From Candidatus Thorarchaeota archaeon (GTDB taxonomy: Archaea > Asgardarchaeota > Thorarchaeia > Thorarchaeales > Thorarchaeaceae), in assembly GCA_008080745.1 (NCBI GenBank), contig SHMX01000001.1:570001-602000 (forward strand): a stretch of DNA of 32,000 nt. Direction: 5' to 3'. The notes below the pieces were generated by a model. That model was not told where the DNA came from and did not search any database. It worked only from the letters and a program-made list of their open reading frames with translations. Shown piece after piece: positions 1 through 10,100 of the stretch (its first letter is position 1; every line of letters starts with the position of its first letter). The position numbers and the translations under genes are program-made.

Positions 1-287
1 TGGAGAATCTCATATTGTGCTATCTGCAATGTTGACCGTACCAATGCAATGGTTTCATATGCCTCATCGTTTAGAAGATTTTCATCGAATGCCCTGACTA
101 ATGCATGAACTCTATTCTGCAGACTTTTGCTAGGAACTGCCTCAGCAAGAGTTCTGAAGATATCGATATCACTGGGTTTTGCATGGCCTGTGCCGACAAG
201 AAGCAAAGAATCGATGGACTCAATATATGTGTGTAGCTCCTGAAATTGCGTGGGAATCTCACTAAGATGTTCTAAGGTTGCATCCAT
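1..287 (-). CDS. Hypothetical helical protein, partial (runs off window start); probable operon partner of the SWIM-like gene
   Basis: Manual translation from ATG at 287: MDATLEHLSEIPTQFQELHTYIESIDSLLLVGTGHAKPSDIDIFRTLAEAVPSKSLQNRVHAL..., open to position 1. GAGGG RBS upstream; starts 10 bp after the stop of 298..768. Confidence 0.8.
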   Translation of the reverse strand, partial: MDATLEHLSEIPTQFQELHTYIESIDSLLLVGTGHAKPSDIDIFRTLAEAVPSKSLQNRVHALVRAFDENLLNDEAYETIALVRSTLQIAQYEIL

Positions 288-297
288 GTGAATCCCT

Positions 298-768
298 CTA
301 GAAGAACCAGGCCATCTCTGGAATATATTCGTTCACAGACTCAACCTCAAGATAGCGAAGATAACCCAAGAACCTGCTGAAGACTTCACTTATGGATTCC
401 TTTACTTCTGACCCGTGAAGTAGAGCCAGTATATTTCTTGCAGACTTGACCGATTCAGGATTAGTAGGTAATTTGAGATATTCTGCAACCTTCTTTGCAC
501 CAAACTGTTTGACTGCCTCTTCAAGTAACCATCTTAGATGTTTACAATAAGTACCCCGTAACCCACCACACCTTCTGTTGTTGTTTGTACTGCAATAGTA
601 ATCATGAGAATTTGCCTTTATGAAAGCTAGGTACACCCTTTCCTTGCTCGATCCTGACGATACCACTCCCTGCAATCGCCCATCATGCAGTTCGACAAAG
701 GGAACATTATTGACTTTTCGTTTGTCGATTTTTGTTTCTCTATCAGAACCTTGTGTTAGAAATGACAT
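298..768 (-). CDS. SWIM-like zinc-finger protein
   Basis: C-x7-C-x7-C-x-H (YCSTNNNRRCGGLRGTYCKHL) plus VPFVELHDGRLQGVVSSGS, resembling a family I recall from Actinobacteria. Confidence 0.75.
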   Translation of the reverse strand: MSFLTQGSDRETKIDKRKVNNVPFVELHDGRLQGVVSSGSSKERVYLAFIKANSHDYYCSTNNNRRCGGLRGTYCKHLRWLLEEAVKQFGAKKVAEYLKLPTNPESVKSARNILALLHGSEVKESISEVFSRFLGYLRYLEVESVNEYIPEMAWFF

Positions 769-986
769 TCTTTTTCACCTCATAACTCACAGATTTGATG
801 CCCATTTGAAGTCTATTGATTTAAAATCAATTCGACAGTTGGTTAAGGACTTACACATATAAACCAAGCGGGATATACTAGAAAACGAACTAATTGAGTT
901 CATAGGATTTGTACGGTTTCTTCCATACAATATCGCTTTTTCTTCGCGCCAGCTTATATTCATTCTAATCGAGATAGACAAGAAAG

Positions 987-1679
987 GTGATACCGTTGCT
1001 ACAATGGACTCCAGAAATAATTCAACTCATTCTTGAAATGGCAGAAAGACTCAATGAGAACCTCTATCCACTCTCAGTAATCATCCCATTTGCTTCCGCA
1101 TTATCATTTGTCATCCTAATATTATATGCAAAGCAGAATCCAGGAAACAAAAGTAGTACGTATCTCAAAATACTTTTTGCAGTCATTTACATCTATAGTG
1201 GCTGGACAATCCTTCTTATGATATATGAAGAAGCTGCTCTTGCAATAATAGGTGGGGCTGCTATGTGGGGAATTGCAATATTGCTTCTTTTGGATGTTTA
1301 TTGGAAAAAGGCCACATTTACATTCTCTTTAGAATCCCATAGATGGGTTAGAATCATTGGTCTGATCCTCATCATTTCAGGCCTCCTAGTATATCCGCTC
1401 CTTGAGATAGCGACAGGTCACACATGGCCCGCAATGGTTTTGTTCACTGCTGAATGCCCAACCACCACATCTCTGATTGGGCTTTATCTTACTGCGGTGC
1501 CAAAGACAAACAAATTACTTCTAGCAATTATCTCACTCAATGCAGCTTATACAGGGTTTGCGGTTGCTCTAGCTGGTTTTCTAACTGATGCATTGTATGG
1601 TATTGCGGGAGTGTTTGGGCTCCTTACTCTAATCATCTACTGGAGAGAAATATCATTTCTACCACTCAAAGAAGAGTAA
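987..1679 (+). CDS. Multi-pass membrane protein, DUF6064-like
   Basis: About 7 hydrophobic segments; GHTWPAMVLFTAECPTT resembles the DUF6064 G..WP....FG..PCPTT motif. Confidence 0.7.
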   Translation: MIPLLQWTPEIIQLILEMAERLNENLYPLSVIIPFASALSFVILILYAKQNPGNKSSTYLKILFAVIYIYSGWTILLMIYEEAALAIIGGAAMWGIAILLLLDVYWKKATFTFSLESHRWVRIIGLILIISGLLVYPLLEIATGHTWPAMVLFTAECPTTTSLIGLYLTAVPKTNKLLLAIISLNAAYTGFAVALAGFLTDALYGIAGVFGLLTLIIYWREISFLPLKEE

Positions 1680-1686
1680 ATCTGAT

Positions 1687-2463
1687 TCACGTATACTCGA
1701 GCTCTTTTAGTTGAACTTCAATAGCATGCTCCTTCAAGGACCGATGAAGGCGATTGAACCAATAAACTGCCCTAGGTCCTTGTAGGAATAGACACTGTGA
1801 GAAGCCAAGATTGTTATCTAGGGAGGGAAGGAATACAACACCACCACGTTCAGTAAACCCATAACCAATATTGCATGGCTTTTTCATATAGAATAGACGA
1901 GTAACATCAGTAGAAACATTACGTATGAGAACACTATCAGCAGAGAGACCCTTGAGCGATTCAATCACCTCTTTTGGAAAGACAAATTCGCTATCAATAC
2001 TTTTGAAATCGGGTTGCCAGATTTCCAGAAGGGAGGTCTCAATCGCCATATCAAGTGCTCCACCAACACGAATATACTCAGGTTGATTGTAAAGCTCCTT
2101 TTGTAGACGTTCGACCAGGGTCAAAATATTTGTTAACACTTCAAATTTCAATGTGGTAAACTCATATTGCAACTGCTTATCAGGGATTTCAAGACGATGA
2201 GTTGATAGATATGAATCCAATGCGACTCTGGAACAGACATCCATCATCGTCAAGCAATATTCCGAGTTTATGTTTGAAGTGTACAAACCCTCATGTTGAG
2301 ATATAAGACCTGAATCGATTAGTTTTCTAATATGATCCTCCATAGTGGATTTATGAATATCAAGTTCCCGGGCAATGTCACTGAAACGCATGGCTTCCTT
2401 ATTTTTAGAAAGAAGCAAAATGATACGCAAACGTGTCTCCGATGCAAGAGCCTTGAATACCAT
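1687..2463 (-). CDS. ArsR-like winged-helix transcriptional regulator with C-terminal effector domain (FilR1/DUF1724-like)
   Basis: FKALASETRLRIILLL...MRFSDIARELDIHKSTMEDHIRKLIDSGLI is a typical ArsR wHTH, followed by ~170 aa of alpha/beta sequence. Confidence 0.8.
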   Translation of the reverse strand: MVFKALASETRLRIILLLSKNKEAMRFSDIARELDIHKSTMEDHIRKLIDSGLISQHEGLYTSNINSEYCLTMMDVCSRVALDSYLSTHRLEIPDKQLQYEFTTLKFEVLTNILTLVERLQKELYNQPEYIRVGGALDMAIETSLLEIWQPDFKSIDSEFVFPKEVIESLKGLSADSVLIRNVSTDVTRLFYMKKPCNIGYGFTERGGVVFLPSLDNNLGFSQCLFLQGPRAVYWFNRLHRSLKEHAIEVQLKELEYT

Positions 2464-2764
2464 TTCATTATGATTGATTGAAGCCTTGTCGTTTATTATG
2501 ACGCACCCAATTTTGCAGGTATTACCAATCGTATTATTTCTATTGAGTCTAAGATAGATACTCCTACAAGGAATCTCTTTCCAGTTTTGGCTGTATATTG
2601 CAACTGCTCAGAATCCCTAATCGTATAGTGGAATATCCAATTAGCTTGTTCTGCACGAAGGAATTAGCTTTCAAATGCTGCATTTACATATCATCAATAG
2701 CACTATAAGCAGGTACGACCATATACTAGGTTGTGCCATCACGGGATTATGAGGAGCGAGTCAA

Positions 2765-4147
2765 ATGAGTCGGATTCTTAGAAGGCAATTCAAGGTTTGT
2801 CTCTTAGGGAATGGCTTTGTCGGCAAGACAAGTATACGCCGAGAATATTTGAAAGAAGGATTCAAGAGAAGCTATATTCCTACTCTGGGGGTTGACTTCG
2901 CTCAGAAGCAGACGGAATACAAGGACATACCTACAACACTCGTTATTTGGGATATTGCAGGCCAAGAGGCATACAAAAGACTGCGACGTCAGTACTATCA
3001 AGGTTGTTCTGGAATGGTTCTAGTATACTCTGTGGTAGATAGACAGTCATTCGATGATGCAACCAAATGGCTTGTAGAAGCACACGGATTCATAGAAAAA
3101 TTCCCACCATTGATTATTGCCGCAAACAAGATAGATCTTCGTCCAACACATCTAATAGAGGAAACAGTTACCACCAAAGAGGGTCTGGAGTTTACCGAGA
3201 GGTTCAGAGAGAGATTAGGAACGCCTGTTATCTTTTTGGAAACATCCGCCTTGGAAAATATCAATATAGATGAGGCTTTTGAAGCGCTTACCAAAATGAT
3301 GGTAGGAGATGAAGCATTTGAGGAGATTGAATTAGAATATTCTACTAGACCAAAAGCATCAACATCCGAGGTAGAACCCAAAGTTTCAGAATTGCAAGAG
3401 TCTTTGAGAGAGGAACCATCTACTGCAGAAGCAGATACACAACAAGCTGAAACAGTGGATAGAACAGAGAGCATCGTGGCAGATCGAACTGCCGATTCTG
3501 AAGTCAAAGTTGAAACCAATGAAGAACCTACTGGCAAAGTAGCTGTTTCAAGCTCGGAAGCAACAGAAACCAGTAGCAGGGAATCTGTTACTGAGAGGTT
3601 CACACCAAGTTCAGAACAAGAGGAATCAACAGCAAAGGTTTTCAAATCTGGGGTAGAGGTTCAGAAGGAATCTGTTGATGAAGATATAGAAGAAGTAGAA
3701 AAACCAGCAAGAGAGATTGTAGAAATACCCTACACAGAAGATGGCGATTTAGAACCTATTACATCCTTACCTGCAGGGTCTCAATATCTAAAGGAAGAAG
3801 AAATTGGCAAAGCAATGGCAAAGCTAGTTGAACTTCGAAAGAAATTGAAGGAAAAAGAAGATGAACTAGCTAACATTCTCTCAGAGGCAGAAAAGAAGCT
3901 TCTCACGCTAAAGAACACTGTACATGTCAAGAAGCTAATGTATGATCATCTGCAAGAACAACTTGAACAAACCCGAAAAGAATGGGCGGATGCATACGAC
4001 GAATACGTAGAGGTTGATACTGCCAAGAAGAAAGCGGTCTCTAAGAAACTCGAACAGATGAAAGATATTCGGGACCATATTGAGGAAGTCGGAAGAGGAA
4101 TCCGGAAGCGAGTCAGTAAGCTGGATCTCAAGAATATGGCCGAATGA
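2765..4147 (+). CDS. Rab/Ras-like small GTPase with acidic linker and C-terminal coiled coil
   Basis: G1 GNGFVGKT, G2 YIPTLGVDF, G3 WDIAGQE, G4 NKID, G5 ETSAL; E/S/T-rich linker (aa ~180-340); heptad-patterned C-terminus. GAGGAG RBS upstream. Confidence 0.92.
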   Translation: MSRILRRQFKVCLLGNGFVGKTSIRREYLKEGFKRSYIPTLGVDFAQKQTEYKDIPTTLVIWDIAGQEAYKRLRRQYYQGCSGMVLVYSVVDRQSFDDATKWLVEAHGFIEKFPPLIIAANKIDLRPTHLIEETVTTKEGLEFTERFRERLGTPVIFLETSALENINIDEAFEALTKMMVGDEAFEEIELEYSTRPKASTSEVEPKVSELQESLREEPSTAEADTQQAETVDRTESIVADRTADSEVKVETNEEPTGKVAVSSSEATETSSRESVTERFTPSSEQEESTAKVFKSGVEVQKESVDEDIEEVEKPAREIVEIPYTEDGDLEPITSLPAGSQYLKEEEIGKAMAKLVELRKKLKEKEDELANILSEAEKKLLTLKNTVHVKKLMYDHLQEQLEQTRKEWADAYDEYVEVDTAKKKAVSKKLEQMKDIRDHIEEVGRGIRKRVSKLDLKNMAE

Positions 4148-4320
4148 AAAATCCAACGATAGTAAAACTATCAATATTTCATCAAGTTCGAATCTAATTG
4201 AAGAGGACAATATGGAGCTCTAGTATCATTGAGAATACGAAAGGTTTATTTGGATTCGAGAAATGAATTAGATAGACTTTATTGTTTTATGCATAGAGTC
4301 AAAATATATAGAGTGTTAAA

Positions 4321-5022
4321 GTGATGGAAAGAAAGAAACTAGTAATGCTTGGTTCACTTCTGATGGTTTTCATGCTACTAGGAAGTTTATCTACAGTGGT
4401 GGCATTTGACCTAGATCCAGGTGATGGCGGTACAGAATATACTAAAGCAGATGTTACTGTTAAATTCCAGAAACTCAGATGTGTTGAAGACACAGATTGG
4501 AATTCTGGAGCAGATGTTTGGATGAGAATCGATGGTCCTATTGACTATTACACATATTATGCGCAACTTGATATGATATATGGATTTGAGGGCGTGATTG
4601 ATGGTGCGACGGGTTACCCTGAAACCGAGTTAAAATCATCATTATGGAATGGATACGGAGCTGGTGGATATTTCGAGGTCACCTATCAGAATGTCAATCT
4701 GAATAACGATTTTGTTTTGAGATTGAGAGTTCGAGATGATGATGGGTGGTTTAATGATGAGCTTGTTGAATGCAGACTGACCGTCAAGTCACATGCATCT
4801 GTTGAAAGCAGCCGCTCATACAACAATATATTTGCACACTGTGCAGGTCAATATGACGCATATTTTGGTACGAATTACTACACCTATGGTTATGAAGACA
4901 GCTACATCAATTATGAATGGATTGATGGAGCAGGGTTCTGGTTTGGCGGTATATCGGATGACTATCGATCATACACTTCAAACGGTCTGTACATTGATGT
5001 GTGTCTAAACTATCATTTATGA
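4321..5022 (+). CDS. Secreted beta-rich protein, putative C2-like Ca2+-binding domain
   Basis: Signal peptide (MMERKK + hydrophobic + VVA|F); acidic loops EDTDWNSGADVWMRI and RVRDDDGWFNDELV; Tyr/Gly/Asp-rich. Confidence 0.7.
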   Translation: MMERKKLVMLGSLLMVFMLLGSLSTVVAFDLDPGDGGTEYTKADVTVKFQKLRCVEDTDWNSGADVWMRIDGPIDYYTYYAQLDMIYGFEGVIDGATGYPETELKSSLWNGYGAGGYFEVTYQNVNLNNDFVLRLRVRDDDGWFNDELVECRLTVKSHASVESSRSYNNIFAHCAGQYDAYFGTNYYTYGYEDSYINYEWIDGAGFWFGGISDDYRSYTSNGLYIDVCLNYHL

Positions 5023-5035
5023 ATACAGAGATAAT

Positions 5036-5061
5036 GGTTCTGTGAAATCAGTCACAGAATC
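5036..5061 (+). terminator. Hairpin with U-rich tail between convergent genes
   Basis: TTCTGTGA-aatcag-TCACAGAA perfect 8-bp inverted repeat (5038-5059), followed by tctctcttctctttttt. Confidence 0.6.
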
Positions 5062-5116
5062 TCTCTTCTCTTTTTTGCAATTCACTCTTTTCTCGACCAG
5101 ATAGATGACCAAATAT

Positions 5117-5536
5117 TTACTCGCCAATGATTTTTATTAGAACACGTTTGGGTCTCCGGCCATCAAACTCACCATAGAATATACGCTCCCAGGTGCCGAG
5201 GTCAAGACGTCCCTTTGTAATGGCTACAACGACTTCCCGACCCATAATTTGTCGTTTCAGATGAGCATCTCCATTATCCTCACCTGTGCGATTATGATGG
5301 TATTGGCTGGTGGGCTCATGAGGTGCTAATTCTTCTAACCAACGTTTGTAATCTTCGTGAAGGCCGCTCTCATTATCATTGATGAAAACACTAGATGTGA
5401 TATGCATGGAATTGACTAGACAAAGTCCCTCTTGAACGCCGCTCTCAGAAACAGCCTCCTGTACCTGAGGTGTGATGTGAATGAGGTCCATCCGTTTTGG
5501 AACAGTAAATGTCAGATATTTTGTGTGACTCTTCAT
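5117..5536 (-). CDS. yjbQ: YjbQ/UPF0047 family protein (secondary thiamine-phosphate synthase)
   Basis: [53 protein letters not shown]. Confidence 0.93.
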   Translation of the reverse strand: MKSHTKYLTFTVPKRMDLIHITPQVQEAVSESGVQEGLCLVNSMHITSSVFINDNESGLHEDYKRWLEELAPHEPTSQYHHNRTGEDNGDAHLKRQIMGREVVVAITKGRLDLGTWERIFYGEFDGRRPKRVLIKIIGE

Positions 5537-5628
5537 ACTTTACATTGGTTATTCGTTTGGTTTAAGCATTATTGAAGAAACAGCTGTGAATAGTTGTTCC
5601 GACCAGAAATAGCGACATCTTTAAGGAG

Positions 5629-6444
5629 ATGCATGAAAGGGTAAAGAAGGGAGCTAAATTGACAACGATTACAGTTCATGGTTTCAAAGGTGGAACTGGA
5701 AAGTCCCTCATTGCTATAGCTCTAGGATATTTACTAAGCAAACAGGGAAAGAAGGTTCTTCTTATCGATGGAGATTATTTTGCACCTTGTTTTGATGCCT
5801 TCTTCCCTCAGAATGACGATGTGAATCCCTTTACAGAATATCTGGAGGAGAAATCGAAATTCGAAGAAGTTGTTGCTGAAACTAGATTTCCAAATCTATG
5901 GGTGAGCTATGCACCCACTCCGAGTTTCACACAAAAGATTCTTCAAGCAGATACCAAAACGCACGGAGGGTTTCTCAAGAGAATATATGCAGGAATCAAA
6001 ATAGCTCGTGATGATTTAGGATTTGACCACATTGTTATTGACAACTCAAGCGGAATCTCTCTCGCTGCAATCAATTTCCTAACTTGTAGCAATCAATCTC
6101 TATTGGTAATTCGGCCGGTCCGATATGGAGTTGAATCAACCTACAATCTCATCAGTGCAATATACAGAAAACTCAGGTACGCCGACTCAAAATCCGTACG
6201 CCGTGACTTCCTAGTCTGGAATCAAGTACCCACTGATGAGGAATCCATAATCAATCCGGATATTGAGAGATATTTGAACCATTGGACCGATAAATTCTCT
6301 GAGGCAGGGATTCAGCTGGGGTCTAGAATACCCTATATTTCCGAAGTGGTTACATCCATGATTGTGGATAGTACACTAGATATAGAGAAAATAAGCAAGC
6401 CAATATCTAACTATATGGGAAACCTAATCAAGTTACTTGGATAG
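5629..6444 (+). CDS. MinD/ParA-family P-loop ATPase
   Basis: Deviant Walker A GFKGGTGKS, LIDGD, Walker B IVIDNSSG. Start may be TTG at 5659 (GGAG RBS). Confidence 0.88.
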   Translation: MHERVKKGAKLTTITVHGFKGGTGKSLIAIALGYLLSKQGKKVLLIDGDYFAPCFDAFFPQNDDVNPFTEYLEEKSKFEEVVAETRFPNLWVSYAPTPSFTQKILQADTKTHGGFLKRIYAGIKIARDDLGFDHIVIDNSSGISLAAINFLTCSNQSLLVIRPVRYGVESTYNLISAIYRKLRYADSKSVRRDFLVWNQVPTDEESIINPDIERYLNHWTDKFSEAGIQLGSRIPYISEVVTSMIVDSTLDIEKISKPISNYMGNLIKLLG

Positions 6445-6459
6445 ATTCGGCGCGATAAT

Positions 6460-7131
6460 TTACTGTGTCCATGGAAAATAATAATCCTCATCGACAGTCT
6501 GTTCTTTTCTAATCAATATTCTGCGAAGTAGATACTTAATTGCAGAATCAAGCTTCGGTTCAATATTCTTTTTTGGAACATCATTCCATGGCTCTTCACC
6601 TTGTTCTTTCAATCCTTTGACAAATTCAAGAAGTTCGAGCTTGCTTATACCTTTATCAGAGTTTTTGACAATTGTCTGTGCAATTGGGACAATGTAATCA
6701 GGAAGATCCATTAGAACAGGTAGGTCTTCTAATCCCTCATCACGGTTTGTCACCGAGTAGAATTTTGCATTGTATGGTTTAAGGCCAATCTCTGTACCTC
6801 GGAGCCAGAAGATTAGAGATGCCTCTTCGAGTTTTGAGAGGTGGTCATAAATCGTTGGCAGCTCTACTCCACGTAGCCTAGCTAGGTCTTTTGCAACTAC
6901 ACCATGTTCATGTTCTTTCTCATATTTCTTAATTGTATCAAGAGTGCCCATCAAAACTTTTGAGAAAATGAGTGGATTCCCACTATCAAAGCTGGTCTTT
7001 GGACCCAGTGCTCTCTCAAGGGATGCAATTCGTTCATCAAAACTTGATAGAGTCTTGTTGATAGATTTCAGTTCTTTCTGAATTTTCTCTAGAACCGGAC
7101 CCAATGCGAGGTCTTTCTCAACAGGACTCAT
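6460..7131 (-). CDS. Coiled-coil + winged-helix DNA-binding protein
   Basis: N-terminal heptads (LEKIQKELKSINKTLSSFDERIASLE); HTH VVAKDLARLRGVELPTIYDHLSKLEEASLI; second wHTH-like C-terminal segment. Confidence 0.7.
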   Translation of the reverse strand: MSPVEKDLALGPVLEKIQKELKSINKTLSSFDERIASLERALGPKTSFDSGNPLIFSKVLMGTLDTIKKYEKEHEHGVVAKDLARLRGVELPTIYDHLSKLEEASLIFWLRGTEIGLKPYNAKFYSVTNRDEGLEDLPVLMDLPDYIVPIAQTIVKNSDKGISKLELLEFVKGLKEQGEEPWNDVPKKNIEPKLDSAIKYLLRRILIRKEQTVDEDYYFPWTQ

Positions 7132-7184
7132 CTATGCACACCTAGAAGATAGTATTTCATGCATAATATGATAAAGTCTTACCT

Positions 7185-10100
7185 TTAAGTGCTATCCTCA
7201 TGGCCTTCCATCTCGGATTGTACCATGTCAAGATAATCTAGGGCAGTTTCTAAGTCCTCTCCTTTATTGGTAGAGAGAGGGTTAAATCGTTTGAGAAGTC
7301 CTTTTGTATGCAAAGCTGCCAGGACAGCGACAATACCCATACCGAAGCCAGCAATTCCTAGAAAGAGTAGCCAGGGAGGGATTAGGCCCGGCACTTCACG
7401 TACAGTAATTGAGATGACAGTTGATAAATGATTATCATACTGATCGTATATTGTTATATTGATAATATAGGTGTCAGGAAGTAAGTTTCCTTTAGTGGTG
7501 AGTAGACCAGTATCACTGATAGCAAAATGATCAGAATCGTTCACCATCCAGAGCTTGATTGGTGATAGATCCGTAACATAGAGTTGATATGAAAGGCTTT
7601 CATCAGCGAAAATAAACTGATTCTCGGGAATTTCTACCCATTCAGGACCTGTACGATCCATAACGGATATAGAAAATGTTGTACTAAGTTGGTTTCCATG
7701 AATATCACTAACCATCACAGTTAGAATATAATCACCAACTGGAAGAACTACATTATTTGATAGAACTCCTGAGCCGTCAATATCAAAAAGAGAAGATCCT
7801 TCAATAGACCAAGATGAGAGGGGAGATAGATCGATTGCCTTCAAGTTCATCAAGAAAGAAGTTCCCAGTTCGATAACTTGGTCTTGTGGAACCTCCACCC
7901 ATGAGGGTGAAATTGTATCTTCCACTAGAACATGCAATTCGGTAGTATTCCAATTTCCTTCAGAATCATCAACCCGAATCTCCAGATTATAAAGCCCAAC
8001 TGGAATCTTGCTTTGATTTGTCAGTTTTCCTGTCCCATCAATATGAAAATACGAATCGTTCACTGACCATTCCAGAGGTGTAGAAAGGTCAAATGCACTA
8101 AATTGAAGAATTAGATGCGACCCGAATTCAGACTCAAATTCTGATGGAGCTTGAATCCAACTAGGAACTGTATTATCGGTTACAGATACCCAAATTGTCG
8201 CATTCAGCTCCCGACCCCAGGTATCGTTCAAGAATACAATAATCCAGTATCTTCCTACAGAGAGAGGCGTGTTGTTTTGAAGACTACCATCTTCTGTAAC
8301 TACAAATTTTGAGTCATTTACCCACCACATATCAATTTCTTGAAGGACCTCGGCAAGTAGGGCATAGGACAATGCCTCACCGAGTTCGATATCTTGATTT
8401 TGGGGTTCCTGTATCCATTCTGGAGCTGTAGTATCATAAACGTGTATCAGAAACACCTCAGAGAGGTTATTGTTATGTGTATCATTAACCGTAACTAGAA
8501 TCCAATACAAACCTGTATCGAGCCACGTCTTATTTTGAATCTCACCAGTACTGGTTATGAAAAAGTTAGCTGTGTCATTCACTGTCCAAGTATGAATCCC
8601 CGAGGGATCAGTGGCATTAAGATCATAATAAAAATGATAACCATATTCTCCAGGCTGCTCTGATGGAGATTCAATCCACTCTGGTGGAAGGGTATCGCTA
8701 ACAGATATTGAAAATGAAAACGAAATATCGTTATCGTATGTATCATTAACTGTTACTTCTAACCAATATACTCCAACATCAACTACAGTGTTATTGAATA
8801 TGACACCTGAATTAGTGATGTCAAAGTAGGAGGTGTCATTTAGAATCCATTTATCTAGACCAGACGGGTCACTACAATTGAAACCATAGAGAAAATCTGT
8901 AGCATACTCGTAATCCAGATTACCCAGAGGAGAAATCCAATGTGGAGCGGTGGTATCTTGAATTATTACTTGGAATGTAGTGTTGATTGTTCGTCCATAG
9001 CTATCATTTACAAAGATCCGAAGATTGTATGTCGATATGGGTATAGTAGTTGAATTAGTTAGAAATCCTGTATTGTTGACTTGGAAATAAGTATCATTGT
9101 CTAACCACCAGAGAAAGACACCAGATGGAACAGTAGCATTCAATTGATATTGGAATGAATCAAGATATTCAAAAATCTGTGTGGAGGGGTCTTGATCCCA
9201 GGAGGGGGCAGGTTCAGGATAAGCCCAAACACAGAAGGTGGAATTACTGCTAAAAATAGTAAAGACATTCCAAGTATCATCACCATCAGCACTTGATACA
9301 TTGTATCCTAATCTACCTTCATCATTCAGAATGAAGGTGGTGTCATTTATGTGAATGGTACCAGAATATACTTGGAATCCATGATACTCCCAGAAATAGT
9401 ATTCTGCCCGGATTACTATTCCTGAGGCATTGGCCCCAGGAAGAATTACCTGTTCAGTAGGCGGAGAGATATAGCAATTCAGTTCTTCCCAATACATTGT
9501 TAGAGAGAATTCATTCATATTTATTTCTGAGATTCCGTGTGCATCAGGGGTGATTTGAGATATGATGTTGTATGTGATATTCTTCAACTCATTAGGTGTA
9601 TGCGATGCCCTCCACAAATCATCGATTTGTTTCTCTAAACTCAAATCATTCAGGAGATAAGACCCATCCACCACATTGGAGTTATCATATTCATATCTTA
9701 AGCGTACATGCATAATTCCAGTATGGGAGCTATCTATGATGAAAGCAGGAGTTGAAAGAGAGGTGCAATTGATTCGGTCTGATATGTATGTCTTTGTAGA
9801 TGTGGAAATTAACCGATTCACTCCTTCTACTCTGGCCTCAAAGGAATAGGTGTCAATTCCTACTTCATCATCAGCAACAACATCTACAGAGAAAAAACCA
9901 GTTGAATCATCATATTGTAGAACTGTCCAAGGGCTGGTAGATACATTTGCACATTCTACAATAATAGTGGTGATTTCTGTGAGAGGATGATAGTTTTCAA
10001 ACCCGTAGTAATGTAGTGTTCCATTTGCAATAATAGTTCCGTCAATGGAGCCGCGATCAAAGGTTCCAACACCATCGAAGAGACCCCAATTTCCTGATAG

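Noticed and set aside
787-981. 64-aa ORF on - and 620..862 on +
   Set aside because: They lie in the divergent promoter region or antisense to the SWIM gene, with no motif.
4100-4147. C-terminal prenylation signal on the Rab-like GTPase
   Set aside because: The protein ends ...DLKNMAE with no Cys.
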